From contig NIVC01003563.1 in NCBI GenBank assembly GCA_002269645.1, positions 27,061 to 91,060 of the forward strand: a DNA stretch of 64,000 bases, given 5' to 3'. Source of the DNA: Macrostomum lignano. Lineage: Eukaryota. The notes under the pieces are model-generated. The model was given only the letters and a program-made list of their open reading frames with translations. It did no database searches and had not been told where the DNA came from. The stretch's first letter is position 1. Each line of letters starts with the position of its first letter. Below are positions 12,349 to 25,392 of the stretch, piece after piece. The translations under genes and the position numbers were made by a program.

Positions 12349-13694
12349 AAAAATGAGTTGTTTTGCCTATTAACCATTTTGGCCATAGACATTTTGCCTC
12401 TAGACCTTTTTGCCCACAGACCATTTCGCCCACAAACCATTTCACCCATAGATAGTTTTGGCCATGGACTATTTCTAAACTTTATGTTTTTAAACTTTGT
12501 GCTTTGATTCTCAATTTTGGTGACAAATCTTATTCTTTTAGTATTTCTAGCTTTACCTTGCTTGTAATTGAAACCCTTTCTTATCTGATTGTTCAAATTG
12601 GCTTTAATTGTCACACTTTCAAAAGAAATGACTTTTTAAAAAAACTTGTAATAATTCACTGTTGTAATAAACAAAATTGTAATAACACAATTGTTGTAGC
12701 AATAATTCAAATAATATTTTATTATACAATAAGTCTAAAAATTAACATTGAAAAAAGAAAATAAAGACATATGGCTATATCTCTAAAATACATAATGGCT
12801 CATTCCATATAAGCATGGTTGTAACATGACAGGTTATTTTTACTTATAAAATGAAATCTAATAATAGAATATACTAAACCAATATTTTAAATGAAAGATT
12901 ATTTTGTCTAGAATATATTTATAGAGTTTCATATAGATATCATCATTAGTATAGATGCTATTAAACCTTAAATGACACTTATGGTCATAACGACAGGATT
13001 TTTGACATATAGAAACTAAAAGGTAAAAGTCTTATAACATTTTTCATTTTTGATATTTTGCAATACATTTTTAAAATTTGACTAAGAACATCTTTAGAAA
13101 TCATACTTTTTTATTAGAATATATAAACTCAAAAGGCAACAAAGATACAAAAGAAAAGGCAGCCTTATGGTCGTAACATATTTTTTTCTGTCAATTCAGT
13201 AACTTTGAGGTACAAATACATTAAAAATATAATAGATTATTTGGTCACCAATGCTTTTATCTGATGATGCAAGTACTATACTTTTATCTATAGTTTGTTT
13301 CAACCTTCAAAAGCTTTCTATTTGTTTTTAAAAGGTACAAAATCTTAATGATGTCTTTTGCTTCGAAAAATGTCCAAATTTTTACAAAAATGACTTTTTG
13401 CCAATTGATAACATACTAATCCAACATTTTACCATTCCTTTATTCTTAGATTGTATATATTGCACAATATAAACATTTGGTAAAAAATAGGCTAATTAGG
13501 CAATGGCAAGCAAAAATATTGACTTTTTTCTATTTTCCAAATATGTCCATCTTATATGGAATGAGCCTAATCACCATTTTGGCCAAAATGCCTATAGCCA
13601 AACTGGTTTATAAGCAAAATGGACTATGGGCAAAATGGTCTAGGGGCAAAATATCCATGGCCAAAATGGTTTAGGAGCAAAACAACTAGAATTT
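12349..13694. mobile_element. Degenerate foldback/MULE-like element with TIRs built of ~15-bp subrepeats
   Basis: 12355-12470 (gagttgttttgcc..aaccattttggccatag...) is the imperfect reverse complement of about 13580-13690. GTAGTAGG direct repeat at 12341-12348 and 13695-13702. Confidence 0.55.
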
Positions 13695-14781
13695 GTAGTA
13701 GGTCTATATAGGCCTAAAAGGTCTATAAAATGTTAAACCAAATAGGCTTGTAAATATTTTTTTAAATTGCTAACTAGGGGCCTAACTTAACTCATATTAG
13801 GTTTAGCCTGGCTAGATAAACATCAAATTTTAGCAATAAGCTTTGTTAAATATTATTCATAGTAAAAATGGCTTAAATTTTCTTCTTTAATCCCTTTATA
13901 TATTTTAGGCATAACTATTCTTTAAAAAGTATTTTTATTATATAAAGTACATATTTTGGTTATTTTTGTTGGATTAATGCTATTCTTATTATTATTGATA
14001 GATAAAGGATAGTCCTAGAAAGCTTAAAAGTATTGTGCATAAAAATTTGATAGAGCATAAGTAATAAGTTGTAGTATAGAAAGAACAACTTTTTAAAGTA
14101 AAACTATAATTTTTAGGCCTAACTATGGCCCTAAAGCATAAAGGCCTAATAGGCAAAATTAATAATAATAAATCTTATAGAGTCCTAAGTGTTAGCCTAG
14201 ATTTTAAGTCTTTAACTATAACATGCTTAATAAACAAGCTTAAAATCCTCTAGTTTAAAAGGCATAAAATTTAATATATATAAACTAGAAGTTACTCATT
14301 AGTTTATCAAAAACAAAAGTTAAGACAATAATAAAAATATTTTTGTATTCTTATGCAACTATAAGCCTAGGTTCAAAGTTTGTTTGCTTTTTTATATGCT
14401 TAATAATAAGTTATCCATGTATATTATATTTTCTCTAGGAATAATATTGGTAAAGGACTTATTGTGTTATAATTTCATTTGGGTTTATAAAATATTTTTA
14501 TACCAAATATAAATTGAATTAATAAAGGTCTAGCCATATAGTTTTAATATATATGCTCCTAGTTATTGCTTCTAAAAATATGAGCTCATTGTTGACAAGA
14601 GAATCTTAAAAATCAAGAAATCAACACTTTGGTGGCTAGTCTTTGCATTGGCAATAGGTCTAGATAGCAAAATCCATAAAGGTCACACACAGCCTAGTCT
14701 TGTGCTTATATTTATGAACTATTGATTCTTAGTTCAATAGACTGCTGAGTTGACACAGTCTTTAGTGGGAATCTGATCAGA

Positions 14782-15763
14782 CACTCTCCAATCTCATTAG
14801 AGACTCCTTAATTTCATCAGAGACTCTCCAATCTCATTGTAGACTACTAAATCTCATCAGAGACTTCTCAATCTTATCCGAGACTCCAATCTCATCAAAG
14901 ACTCTCCAATCTCATTGTAGACTACCAAATCTCATCAGGCTCCCCAATCTCACCAGAGACTACCCAATCTCATCAGATACTCTCCAATCCCATCAGAGAC
15001 TCTCCAATATCATCAAATACTCTCCAATCTCATCAGAGACTCCCCAATATCATCAAATACTCTCCAATCTCATCAGAGACTCCCCAATATCATCAGATAC
15101 TCTCCAATCTCATCAGACTCTCCAATCCCATCAGCCCAACCTCATCAGATACTCTCCAATCTCATCAGATACTCCCCAATCTCATCAGATACTCCCCAAT
15201 CTCATCAGATACTCTCCAATCCCATCAGCCCAACCTCATCAGATACTCTCCAATCTCATCAGATACTCCCCAATCTCATCAGATACTCTCCAATCCCATC
15301 AGCCCAACCTCATCAGATACTCCCCAATCTCATCAGAGACTCTCCAATCCCATCAGAGACTCTCCAATCTCATCAGATACTCCCCAATCTCATCAGAGAC
15401 TCTCCAATCCCATCAGAGACTCTCCAATATCATCAGATACTCCCCAATCTCATCAGAGACTCTCCAATCCCATCAGAGACTCTCCAATATCATCAGATAC
15501 TCCCCAATCTCATCAGAGACTTCCCAATATCATCAGAGACTCTCCAATCTCATCAGAGACTCCCCAATCTCATCAGATACTCCCCAATCTCATCAGATAC
15601 TCTCCAATCTAATCAGAGACTCCCCAATCTTATCAAATACTCTCCAATCTCATCAGAGACTCTCCAATCTCATCAGAGACTCCCCAATCTCATCAGATAC
15701 TCCCCAATCTCATCAGATACTCTCCAATCTAATCAGAGACTCCCCAATCTTATCAAATACTCT
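14782..15763. repeat. ~21-bp minisatellite (ctctccaatctcatcagagac and variants)
   Basis: Directly visible tandem array. Confidence 0.95.
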
Positions 15764-16024
15764 CTTAGTAATCATGTCTCTAAAATAACCAGAAACATGC
15801 AAATATAATCAGAGACGCCTAAATTAACCAGGGACACCAAACGCATAGACAAGTCTCTTAAAAAACGTCTTAAATTTGTTATCAATCTGATTTAAATATG
15901 ATTTATTACAATACTATGAGTATTTGTTTTTAATATTCTTCCGATTGCTAATACATTTAAATGAATTGTGTAAAACTAAATCGTATGCATGATCAGCCCT
16001 CTGACCAGTTGCTTGTCCTGCCAG

Positions 16025-17410
16025 ATGTCCGAACAGAAGCGCGGCAGCTCGGCTCGCAGTTTAAAAGTGCACGCCGAGGAAGACTTCATAGCCGATCTTG
16101 AGGCCATTGTCGAACGGGATTTCTATCCCGATTTGCCTAAGCTACGCGCCCAGCAACGCTATTTGGATGCTCGGGCCAGCGCCGGTAGCGCCAGCGTTGC
16201 CATGGCTACGCCGCTGCAGACTCCGGTTCCATCGGCTGCCGGAGAGAGCATCAGCTCAGCCTCGCAGCATCAACAGCAGCACCAGCAGCTGCCGCCCTCA
16301 GTCGGCCTGGACTCCTACCTCACCGGCAACACCTCCGAGGACAACGCCTCGTTCCAGGCCCTGCTAGATGAATCTGAGCGCCGCAGGCGAGTGAAATACG
16401 CTTGGTTCTACCAGCAGGCCGATGCTTTGAAGGCAATCAAATCTGCTGACGAGGCCGAATCAACTGCCGCGTCTTCAACGTCGTCCACCATCGCCGCTGC
16501 TGTGACGTCAACAGCGGCGGCGTCGTCTGCGTCAAGCTCGGAGGCCGTCACGGCCGGCCTGGACTCGTGGACTGGCTACCGGGTGCGCAGCGCCCTCATG
16601 TACTCTCCTGACGATGCCGACGCTGACGATGGCCGGGCGCTGGCCGCCCTGCCGGAGACCCGGCGCCAGATTGTGCACGCCAATACGCGCTTTCGACAGG
16701 CGCCATTTTCGCGCCCAACTGGAGAGGCGCCAACAGCATCATCTGGCGCCGCTTTTACTGTCGGCGCTTCCAACCCTTCGACAGGTTTTGACGGCGTCTT
16801 TCGTCGTCCCGGCGTCCCTGGCCGAATTGGGCCGGACGGCCGCGAGCTGAGCACCGGCGCCGCGCCCGGCCGGACAGCGGCTGCCTCGGCCGCCTATCTG
16901 GCCACGCCGTCGCCGGCGCCCGGAGTCGGCGAGTCGCCGCTGATGACTTGGGGCGACATCGACGGGACGCCTTGTCGGCTAGACGACGCCGCTTGCCTGC
17001 ACGGCGCCAGCCCGGCAGCAGGGGCTTCGGGCTCGGCCACGCCGTCCGGCGGAGGCCTGCCGTACTTCCGCATCCCGGCCATGCCGACTGTGCAGCTGGC
17101 CGACCGGCTCGGCCGTCAGCGCCGGCTCGCCAGGCAGCGCGACGCGGCCGTCAACGACGCCAACGCCGCGAAAGCGAAGGCAGCGGCCGCTGGTGGCAAG
17201 TCGCCTTCGCCAGCCTCGATGGGACTCAGCCCGGCTGCCAAGCGCCTGCTAAAGCGATCGGCTGCCCCGGCGTCCAGCTTCGGTGACAAGGCCCTGCGCG
17301 CCTCCTACCGGCCGTCGCCTTCGCCGTCTCGCCGACCGGGCTCAACATCGGCGCCGGCGTCCACCCGGTCCAACGCCTCGCTGACTGACGGCCTGCTGTC
17401 CGACGCTTAG
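16025..17410 (+). CDS. ESS2: Splicing factor ESS-2 homolog (DGCR14/Es2)
   Basis: Family motifs EEDFIADLEAIVERDFYPDL, LDSYL..NTSEDNASFQALL, TPSPAPGVGESPLMTWGDIDGTP. Single ORF. ATG 16025 is preferred; an upstream in-frame ATG exists at 15989. Confidence 0.93.
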   Translation: MSEQKRGSSARSLKVHAEEDFIADLEAIVERDFYPDLPKLRAQQRYLDARASAGSASVAMATPLQTPVPSAAGESISSASQHQQQHQQLPPSVGLDSYLTGNTSEDNASFQALLDESERRRRVKYAWFYQQADALKAIKSADEAESTAASSTSSTIAAAVTSTAAASSASSSEAVTAGLDSWTGYRVRSALMYSPDDADADDGRALAALPETRRQIVHANTRFRQAPFSRPTGEAPTASSGAAFTVGASNPSTGFDGVFRRPGVPGRIGPDGRELSTGAAPGRTAAASAAYLATPSPAPGVGESPLMTWGDIDGTPCRLDDAACLHGASPAAGASGSATPSGGGLPYFRIPAMPTVQLADRLGRQRRLARQRDAAVNDANAAKAKAAAAGGKSPSPASMGLSPAAKRLLKRSAAPASSFGDKALRASYRPSPSPSRRPGSTSAPASTRSNASLTDGLLSDA

Positions 17411-17791
17411 TCCGACAATTGCTGTGCCGGCCACCTGCTGCTGGCATATGTTAATAGAGCGAGTTTGTAGGGGATTTTCCACCGTGTACTTAGACTGGCT
17501 ACTAATAGTAGTATTGCGATGTATTAGTACTTTTATTATTCAGTAAATACGTTAAATTGATTATGTATTTTGTCTCAATAGTCGTCTTTCTTATATGTAC
17601 AAGTGTAGCCAATCACTATGGTTTCAAAGCCTTAGGCTGCGTCCCTAGCGTGGGAGGGTTGAACTTCTAAAAAGCTAGAATGCTCCTGCTTAAATCTTCT
17701 AGAGGACGTACCCAATTCATTTTGTCCTTGGTTGTTATGGTCATTTCCTGGCACCCTCGCAGGGCAAATGGAGATTTTTGACAACCAACTA

Positions 17792-18275
17792 GTCTCCTGA
17801 CAACTCAACAGACTCCTGACACCTCAACAGACTCCTGACACCTCAGCAAGACTCCTGACACTTCAACAGACTCCTGACACCTCAACAAGACTCCTGACAC
17901 TTCAACAGACTCCTGACACCTCAACAAGACTCCTGACACCTCAACAGACTCCTGACACCTCAACAGACTCCTGACACCTCAACAAGACTCCTGACACTTC
18001 AACAGACTCCTGACACCTCAACAAGACTCCTGACACTTCAACAGACTCCTGACACATCAACAAGACTCCTGACACCTCAACAGACTCCTGACACCTCAAC
18101 AAGACTCCTGACACTTCAACAGACTCCTGACACCTCAACAAGACTCCTGACACCTCAACAAGACTCTTAACGCCTTAACAAGACTCTTAACGCCTCAACA
18201 AGATTCCTGATACCTCAACAAGCTTTCTGACACCTTAACGAGACTCATAAAACCGCAGTAAAAGTCCTGACACCT
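17792..18275. repeat. 19/20-bp minisatellite (gactcctgacacctcaaca[a])
   Basis: Directly visible tandem array. Confidence 0.95.
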
Positions 18276-19270
18276 CAGTGGAGGACTCCGACTTTTATAC
18301 CTCATCAAGACTGCTGAAACCTTACCAAGACCCTGACTGACACCGACCGAGACACCCCTGGCCATAAACCTAAAGGGACACCTTATTGTTTATAATCCCA
18401 GACTGGATTGTAATGAGTGCAGCATCTTGTAACTAGCAGATAAACAAGATATTTACATGTCAAAGCCCTTTGTCTTCGTTCAAATTATCAAACCATAACT
18501 TCATTTATGGTTTTATGCTACTCGTAACAGTTGAAAACATTGCGTTACTTTAATTTTTGCACATTTTTAATAAGAGAACATTTTCATTTTGCGTTGAAAT
18601 TGTAGCGCTGGCGGAGGGCGCCGCTCGGCGGTACGTAAGGCCTGACCCGACCCGGCCTGGCTCAAAAGTTTTGCCGGACCTGGTAGATGAGCAGAACAAA
18701 AAACAAACATAAAATTATAATTGTCTTTTGAAAGTCTGATGTCGGATCTCTGGCTGATGGCTCCGGCTGAGTTCGCTGAGCAGGGGGAGACTCTGGCGGT
18801 CACTGGCGGCCTGACTGACGGTGCCCTGACCTGATGGGAGAATTAGGGAGAGAAAGAGAGGAGTGGGATCCGCATGGCCGACACGCGTGAGTCCTTGCTC
18901 TTCTGCTGCTGGAGATGTACTTCATAGTACCTACTTTTTGCTAGCGTTTAGTACAGGGGTCGGCAGTCTTTTACTCCAGGGTGATATTAGAGAAAAGGAG
19001 ATGGAGTAGAGGACCCATTGAAAATGTTTCCGTGACAATAATCGCTAAAGAGTCATTGCAAACTACTCACTAGTAACACTAGTGACTCTTGTGACTATTT
19101 AACGACTCAAATGATGCGACAGAGTCAGAAAAAAGTCCAAGAGTCGTTGTGTTAGCGCTTATCTCTCTACTAACCCAAGTAGACTAAATAGAGTTGTTAT
19201 AAATGCGAAATGTGGTTCTAATTCATTAAGTGACGCAGTTGCGCTTTAGGCGCAACTAATTGACTATACG

Positions 19271-20978
19271 GCCCCAGAGTCATTCTAGTGGCGCCCCAGA
19301 GTCATTCTAGTAGCGCCCCAGAGTCATTCTAGTGGCGCCCCAGAGTCATTCTAGTGGCGCCCCAGGATCATTCTAGTAGCGCCCCAGGATCATTCTAGTA
19401 GCGCCCCAGGATCATTCTAGTGGCGCCCCAGAGTCATTCTAGTAGCGCCCCAGGATCATTCTAGTAGCGCCCCAGGATCATTCTAGTAGCGCCCCAGGAT
19501 CATTCTAGTGGCGCCCCAGAGTCATTCTAGTAGCGCCCCAGGATCATTCTAGTAGCGCCCCAGGATCATACTAGTAGCGCCCCAGGATCATTCTAGTAGC
19601 GCCCCAGGATCATTCTAGTAGCGCCCCAGGATCATTCTAGTAGCGCCCCAGGATCATTCTAGTAGCGCCCCAGGATCATTCTAGTAGCGCCCCAGGATCA
19701 TTCTAGTGGCGCCCCAGAGTCATTCTAGTAGCGCCCCAGGATCATTCTAGTGGCGCCCCAGAGTCATTCTAGTAGCGCCCCAGGATCATTCTAGTAGCGC
19801 CCCAGGATCATTCTAGTAGCGCCCCAGGATCATTCTAGTAGCGCCCCAGGATCATTCTAGTAGCGCCCCAGGATCATTCTAGTAGCGCCCCAGGATCATT
19901 CTAGTAGCGCCCCAGGATCATTCTAGTAGCGCCCCAGGATCATTCTAGTGGCGCCCCAGAGTCATTCTAGTAGCGCCCCAGGATCATTCTAGTAGCGCCC
20001 CAGGATCATTCTAGTAGCGCCCCAGGATCATTCTAGTAGCGCCCCAGAGTCATTCTAGTAGCGCCCCAGGATCATTCTAGTAGCGCCCCAGGATCATTCT
20101 AGTAGCGCCCCAGGATCATTCTAGTAGCGCCCCAGAGTCATTCTAGTAGCGCCCCAGGATCATTCTAGTAGCGCCCCAGGATCATTCTAGTAGCGCCCCA
20201 GGATCATTCTAGTAGCGCCCCAGGATCATTCTAGTAGCGTCCCAGGATCATTCTAGTAGCGCCCCAGGATCATTCTAGTAGCGCCCCAGGATCATTCTAG
20301 TAGCGCCCCAGGATCATTCTAGTAGCGCCCCAGGATCATTCTAGTAGCGCCCCAGGATCATTCTAGTAGCGCCCCAGGATCATTCTAGTAGCGCCCCAGG
20401 ATCATTCTAGTAGCGCCCCAGGATCATTCTAGTAGCGCCCCAGAGTCATTCTAGTGGCGCCCCAGAGTCATTCTAGTGGCGCCCCAGAGTCATTCTAGTG
20501 GCGCCCCAGAGTCATTCTAGTAGCGCCCCACAGTCATTCTAGTAGCGCCCCAGAGTCATTCTAGCAGCGCCCCAGAGTCATTCTAGTAGCGCCCCACAGT
20601 CATTCTAGTAGCGCCCCAGAGTCATTCTAGTAGCGCCCCAGAGTCATTCTAGTAGCGCCCCAGGATCATTCTAGTAGCGCCCCAGGATCATTCTAGTAGC
20701 GCCCCAGGATCATTCTAGTAGCGCCCCATAGTCATTCTAGTAGCGCCCCAGGGTCATTCTAGTAGCGCCCCAGGATCATTCTAGTGGCGCCCCAGGATCA
20801 TTCTAGTAGCGCCCCAGGATCATTCTAGTAGCGCCCCAGGATCATTCTAGTAGCGCCCCATAGTCATTCTAGTAGCGCCCCAGGATCATTCTAGTAGCGC
20901 CCCATAGTCATTCTAGTAGCGCCCCAGGGTCATTCTAGTAGCGCCCCAGGATCATTCTAGTAGCGCCCCAGAGTCATT
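19271..20978. repeat. 22-bp minisatellite (agcgccccaggatcattctagt / ggcgccccagagtcattctagt)
   Basis: About 1.7 kb of tandem units with two alternating variants. Confidence 0.97.
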
Positions 20979-21589
20979 ATAAGCAGACACAAACCTTAAG
21001 CGGGCTGAATTGCTATCGCGAAATTTCAAAGGACCCGAGGGCCCGATAGAGAGGCTTTGCGGACATTATTATTAGATATTATTACACAAGCAGAGCAGCA
21101 TACAAATCATCCTTACTACAAGTAGTCAGATTTGCGTTTTGTTTAATTTTTGTTTATGTAAATACATTTTGTTTAGGCTAATCAGGCTGAGATGCATTCT
21201 ATGTTTCTTTTGAGTTGTCTACTGTCTTCTGTCTCTGCTGGGTGTTATAATAATTTATTTAAGGCTATATTGGTTGAGCATGTGGCTGAGAGATTCTTCG
21301 AAGTGTTTAAAAATCTACGTCGAAGATGTGTCTTTTAAAATGTAGAAGTTTATGCCGGTTGGGTTCTTTTTACAAACGTGGGTTCCATTTTAGTAGCATT
21401 TATATACATATTTTATGCTTTAAATCACTTGAAGTATTATCCTTATCTTCTTATTCTCACTCAATGGAATCTTGAGACAAAGTTGTATTAACAAATCTAA
21501 TCTCATTAATCAAATCTAATCTCACGACTTGAATCTTTATCTCTCATCACTCGAATCTAATCACATTATCCATATCTACTCTCGTAACT

Positions 21590-22072
21590 AAAATCTACTT
21601 TCCTGACTCAGATCTCCGCCCATGACTCAATCTAATCTCATAACCCAGATCTACTCTCTGACTCACATCTACTCTCATGACCCAGATCTACTCTCATTAC
21701 TCACATCTACTCTCATGACTCACATCTACTCTCATGACTCACATCTACTCTCATGACTCACATCTACTCTCATGACCCAGATCTTCTCTCATGACTCACA
21801 TCTACTCTCATGACTCACATCTACTCTCATGACCCAGATCTACTCTCATGATCCAGATCTACTGTCATGACCCAGATCTACTCTCATGACTCACATCCAC
21901 TCTCATGACCCAGCTCTATTTTCATGACCCAGATCTACTCAACTCAAGTCTACTCTCAGTCTCATGACCCGAATCTAATCTCATAACTCAAATCTAATTT
22001 GACTCAGATCTACTCTCGTGACCCAGATCTACTCTCGTGGCTTAGATCTACTCTCATGACTCGAATCTAGTT
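21590..22072. repeat. 19-bp minisatellite (atctactctcatgactcac/cccag)
   Basis: Directly visible tandem array with degenerate edges. Confidence 0.9.
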
Positions 22073-22265
22073 GCATCACTCTAATTCAATTTTATCGCAT
22101 TGTACCAATTGAAAGAAACCAGCTGTGGCTGCTATCTGACTAACCCCCAGTTCCCCCCCCCCTCCCGCCTTCTCTTAAATGATCACTTCCAGCTAGCATC
22201 GGCCTCGGCTCTTCACTGACAGCACTGCTCTGTACTCTTGAGACTCGCCAATCAGCACCAGCGAC

Positions 22266-22631
22266 ATGCCACGCGGTCAGCGACGACTGTTCCTTGGCGG
22301 CGTAGCCGACCGGGCCTCCAAACGCGACATCGAGCGCTTCTTCCGTAGCTACGGTCGCTGCGTTGAAATCGTGATGCGCACCGGGTTCGCTTTTGTCGAA
22401 CTGGAATCTTCGCGCGACGCGGAGGACGCCGTGGCAAATTTGAGTGGCCGCGACCTGTGCGGCGAGCGGATCAGCTTGGAGTTCGCCAAGTCCGACGGCG
22501 CGCCGAGGCGGCCCAGGGGTGGCGGCGGCGGCGGCGGCGGCAGCGGCGGTCGCTACGGGCCGCCTGTGCGCACCAACCACCGACTGCTGGTGAAGAACCT
22601 CAGCACCGGCGTCAGCTGGCAGGATCTGAAG
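22266..22631 (+). CDS. SRSF6: SR splicing factor, SRSF4/5/6 (SRp55/B52) family, exon 1 (RRM1, Gly linker, start of RRMH)
   Basis: LFLGG...GFAFVE RRM and the RRMH signature SWQDLK. Phase-0 donor AAG|gtgagt at 22632. The paralog assignment among SRSF4/5/6 is uncertain. Confidence 0.9.
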
Positions 22632-22735
22632 GTGAGTGACGGGGGGGAGGTCCTGAAATTTTGTGTATTTCTGGGCCATACTGTACGTTTGTCACGTCGG
22701 TAGCAAAGGCACATACTGCAACTACTAATAGTAGT

Positions 22736-23713
22736 TGACTATTGAATGTCCCAGATATAGGAGTATGTACCCGATAAAAACGGCACCCAGGCGACTTTTA
22801 CCGTGACATCTTACCGGGGCAATGCAAGTGACTCTGGGATGCTTTGAAGAGTTTGGTCGGGAGGTGATCAGTCACCCGAAAACTCCACTCCCAGACACTT
22901 GAGCCTGGGAACAAAATCAGTGATCACTTACTGTTGCGGGCTCCTCTTCTTTGTCGCGCGTGTCTGTAGAGCTCCTCTCCGTAGAGCTGTTCCTCCCGGG
23001 GTAGTCTTCTTTAAGTCTAGAATCAGCCGAAAGCGAGAGCGTAGCAATAAAATCGACGTCGCAGTATTCCTCGAGTGCAGAAATCAATATCAACGATGCG
23101 CACTAATAACAAAATCAATTCTATAGCAATACGAGGTCCTCCAGAAAGGGCGTCTTCTTCTAAAACTAACGGAATCGGAGTCGTGTGCTCCTATCGGTTA
23201 ATCTGGGATAATCCAAAATCGATAACTCGATAATCCTCTAAGGGTATCGGAATCGGTCCGCAGATCCTATCCAATCCCTTAGGAAAATGGGAGGCCTCAA
23301 ACTCAATAGACTCAATAAAATCGACTGAACAGTAACGGCCGGCAATAACAATCGCTCTCAATAATCAAAATAGCGAAGACTTGAACAAAGCTTACCAATT
23401 GGTGTTTATCTCTTTCTCAGAGATATAGCCTCGTTTGGCTGCTCTAGCAAAGCCCAAGATCTTTTGAGGCTGCTCCGAGTCTGAGATTTCAGCTCGGATT
23501 TTGCGTTTGTATTTATACACAATTTGTCGGCCTTGAGTCGACCTTGAGCTCAAAACCGGTTTTTTTTATGAGTTCACGAAAGGAATTTTATTATTTGACA
23601 GGTGAGGTTTTTGAATAGAAAAGGGCGAGACTTAAGTCACATTCAGGTTAACATTTACCATATTTGGAAGTTCTAAAAATAAATGTCGAGAACAGGTTTT
23701 TCGAACAATAGCA
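22736..23713 (-). mobile_element. Candidate solo LTR (978 bp) in the SRSF intron
   Basis: TGACTATTG...CAATAGCA ends with TAGT on both sides (22732-22735 and 23714-23717). TATA-like gtataaataca on the minus strand near 23510. Confidence 0.5.
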
Positions 23714-23975
23714 TAGTCACTCGCTGTTTGCGTGATATTACTGGTATTACTAAAAATAGAGTATGACACATAGCTATTTTTAAATTTGTATTCATAATTT
23801 TATCTTACTACTTCTAGTAGGCTACCATGTTTGGAGATCTCTACAGCTTCTTGGCCTGGGTGTCCCTCCTTAGCCTAATGTCAGTTTCTCCAGTTTACTG
23901 TAATCAGTCTTAGAAAACATTCGCTATCTAGACTCGATCAACTTCTACTTTTCCCTCTTCCCTGTGCTCCGCCAG

Positions 23976-24620
23976 GACCTGATGCGCCGCGCTGGCGAGG
24001 TGATGTACACGGACGCCCACCGGCCCAACCGCGGCGAAGGCATCGTGGAATTCGACAGTCGCTCGGACATGAAGCGGGCAATCGAGAAATACGACGGCTA
24101 CGAGTGGCACGGCAAGCGGCTGCAGGTGAGCGCTGACTCCGGCCGCTCCCGGTCCCGGTCCAGGTCCCGCTCGCGCAGCCGCGACCGTCGTCCGCCGCGC
24201 CGCTCTCGATCCCGATCGGTGTCCCGCTCGAGGTCCCGCTCGCCGCCGCCGGCCCGCAGGCGTCGCGACGATTCGTCGCCCTCGCCGAAACGGTCGCGCA
24301 AACGCGACTCGCCGGACAATGCCGGCAGAAATGGCGGAGGTGTCGCCCGCTCGAAGTCCCGCTCGCGATCCCGCTCCAGGTCCCGGTCCGCGTCCCGCTC
24401 GCGATCCCGATCCCCGCTGCCCGCCAAAGGGGCGGCCAAATCCAAGTCCCGCTCGGCTGACAAGTCGCGCTCGCCGTCCCGGTCTCGGTCCCGCTCGGCC
24501 TCTAATAAGTCCCGCTCGAAGTCCCGCTCGGCCTCCGGCTCGCGCTCTCGGTCCGGCTCGCGGTCCCGCTCGCGCTCCCCAGCTGCCAATAGCGAGGATG
24601 GAGCCAACGGCGGCCAGTGA
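23976..24620 (+). CDS. SRSF6: SRSF4/5/6-family exon 2 (rest of RRMH + RS domain); spliced product about 336 aa
   Basis: Polypyrimidine acceptor ...ccgccag|GAC CTG ATG completes SWQDLK-DLMRRAGEV, followed by a long RS tract. Confidence 0.92.
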   Translation, partial: DLMRRAGEVMYTDAHRPNRGEGIVEFDSRSDMKRAIEKYDGYEWHGKRLQVSADSGRSRSRSRSRSRSRDRRPPRRSRSRSVSRSRSRSPPPARRRRDDSSPSPKRSRKRDSPDNAGRNGGGVARSKSRSRSRSRSRSASRSRSRSPLPAKGAAKSKSRSADKSRSPSRSRSRSASNKSRSKSRSASGSRSRSGSRSRSRSPAANSEDGANGGQ

Positions 24621-25392
24621 TCCTGGCTTGATGGAGAATGGAATTACAATAAAAAAAACCCGCAGTTTGACCCTGTTTGTTGTGGCCCCATTATTCCGAA
24701 TAGCTTGCTGACTGTTGTCTGTCCTTCATGGGTCTGTAGCTGTAAGTCTGCACTGTCCTAAGCTGTTTTACATCACGTTTTAACTGCCGGATGTGTCCTG
24801 GCCTCCTGTCGCCATCGTAACCAACTCAACTTCGCAGTTCAAACTCCGACTCTCGTTTCAATATAAATTCGTGCAAAGACCACCAGTCTAAACAGTTGGT
24901 ACTACTGATCCGTAGTAGTATGTTATGTATCTTTTTATAGTGTGTAGTTTTCTAATTAATATTTAGCGTAGTCCTATATGTTATTCAACTTTTAGTAAGA
25001 ATTCATAGTAAAAATATCAAAGCAAGGTTAGGCTGGCTTTTATTATAAACCACCTCTATCTTATCGTGTTAATTTAATCAACGTCAAATTTATATTCGTT
25101 GTGTAAATTTTAATTTTTGTCATCTGTGTGAAAGGGCGAGTTTCGTGGAAGTTATTCTAATCTAAATACAAAATGCAATGATTTTGGCTCTAATGTTGAA
25201 GCCTTGTGTTCAAATAATAAGTATGTAACTTCCCTTGTGTTTTGAGAATTGCAGTTTATGAGGAATCAGTGTATTGCTTTGATCTCATTTGCTTTGAAAA
25301 AGCAAACAGCATGAAAATTTTCTGTTTAGATGCGTATCAAAAGGTAAACACTGGGTCTGCCTTCCATCAGAAGCAATAACAATTTTTGTTCT

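Noticed and set aside
14782-15763. Hammerhead ribozyme array (CTGATGAG repeated on the minus strand)
   Set aside because: There is no GAAA core segment or stem II/III pairing; the motif is just part of the unit.
24098-24607. Antisense and alternate-frame ORFs over SRSF, ESS2 and the transposases
   Set aside because: They are shadows of GC-rich or repetitive coding strands.
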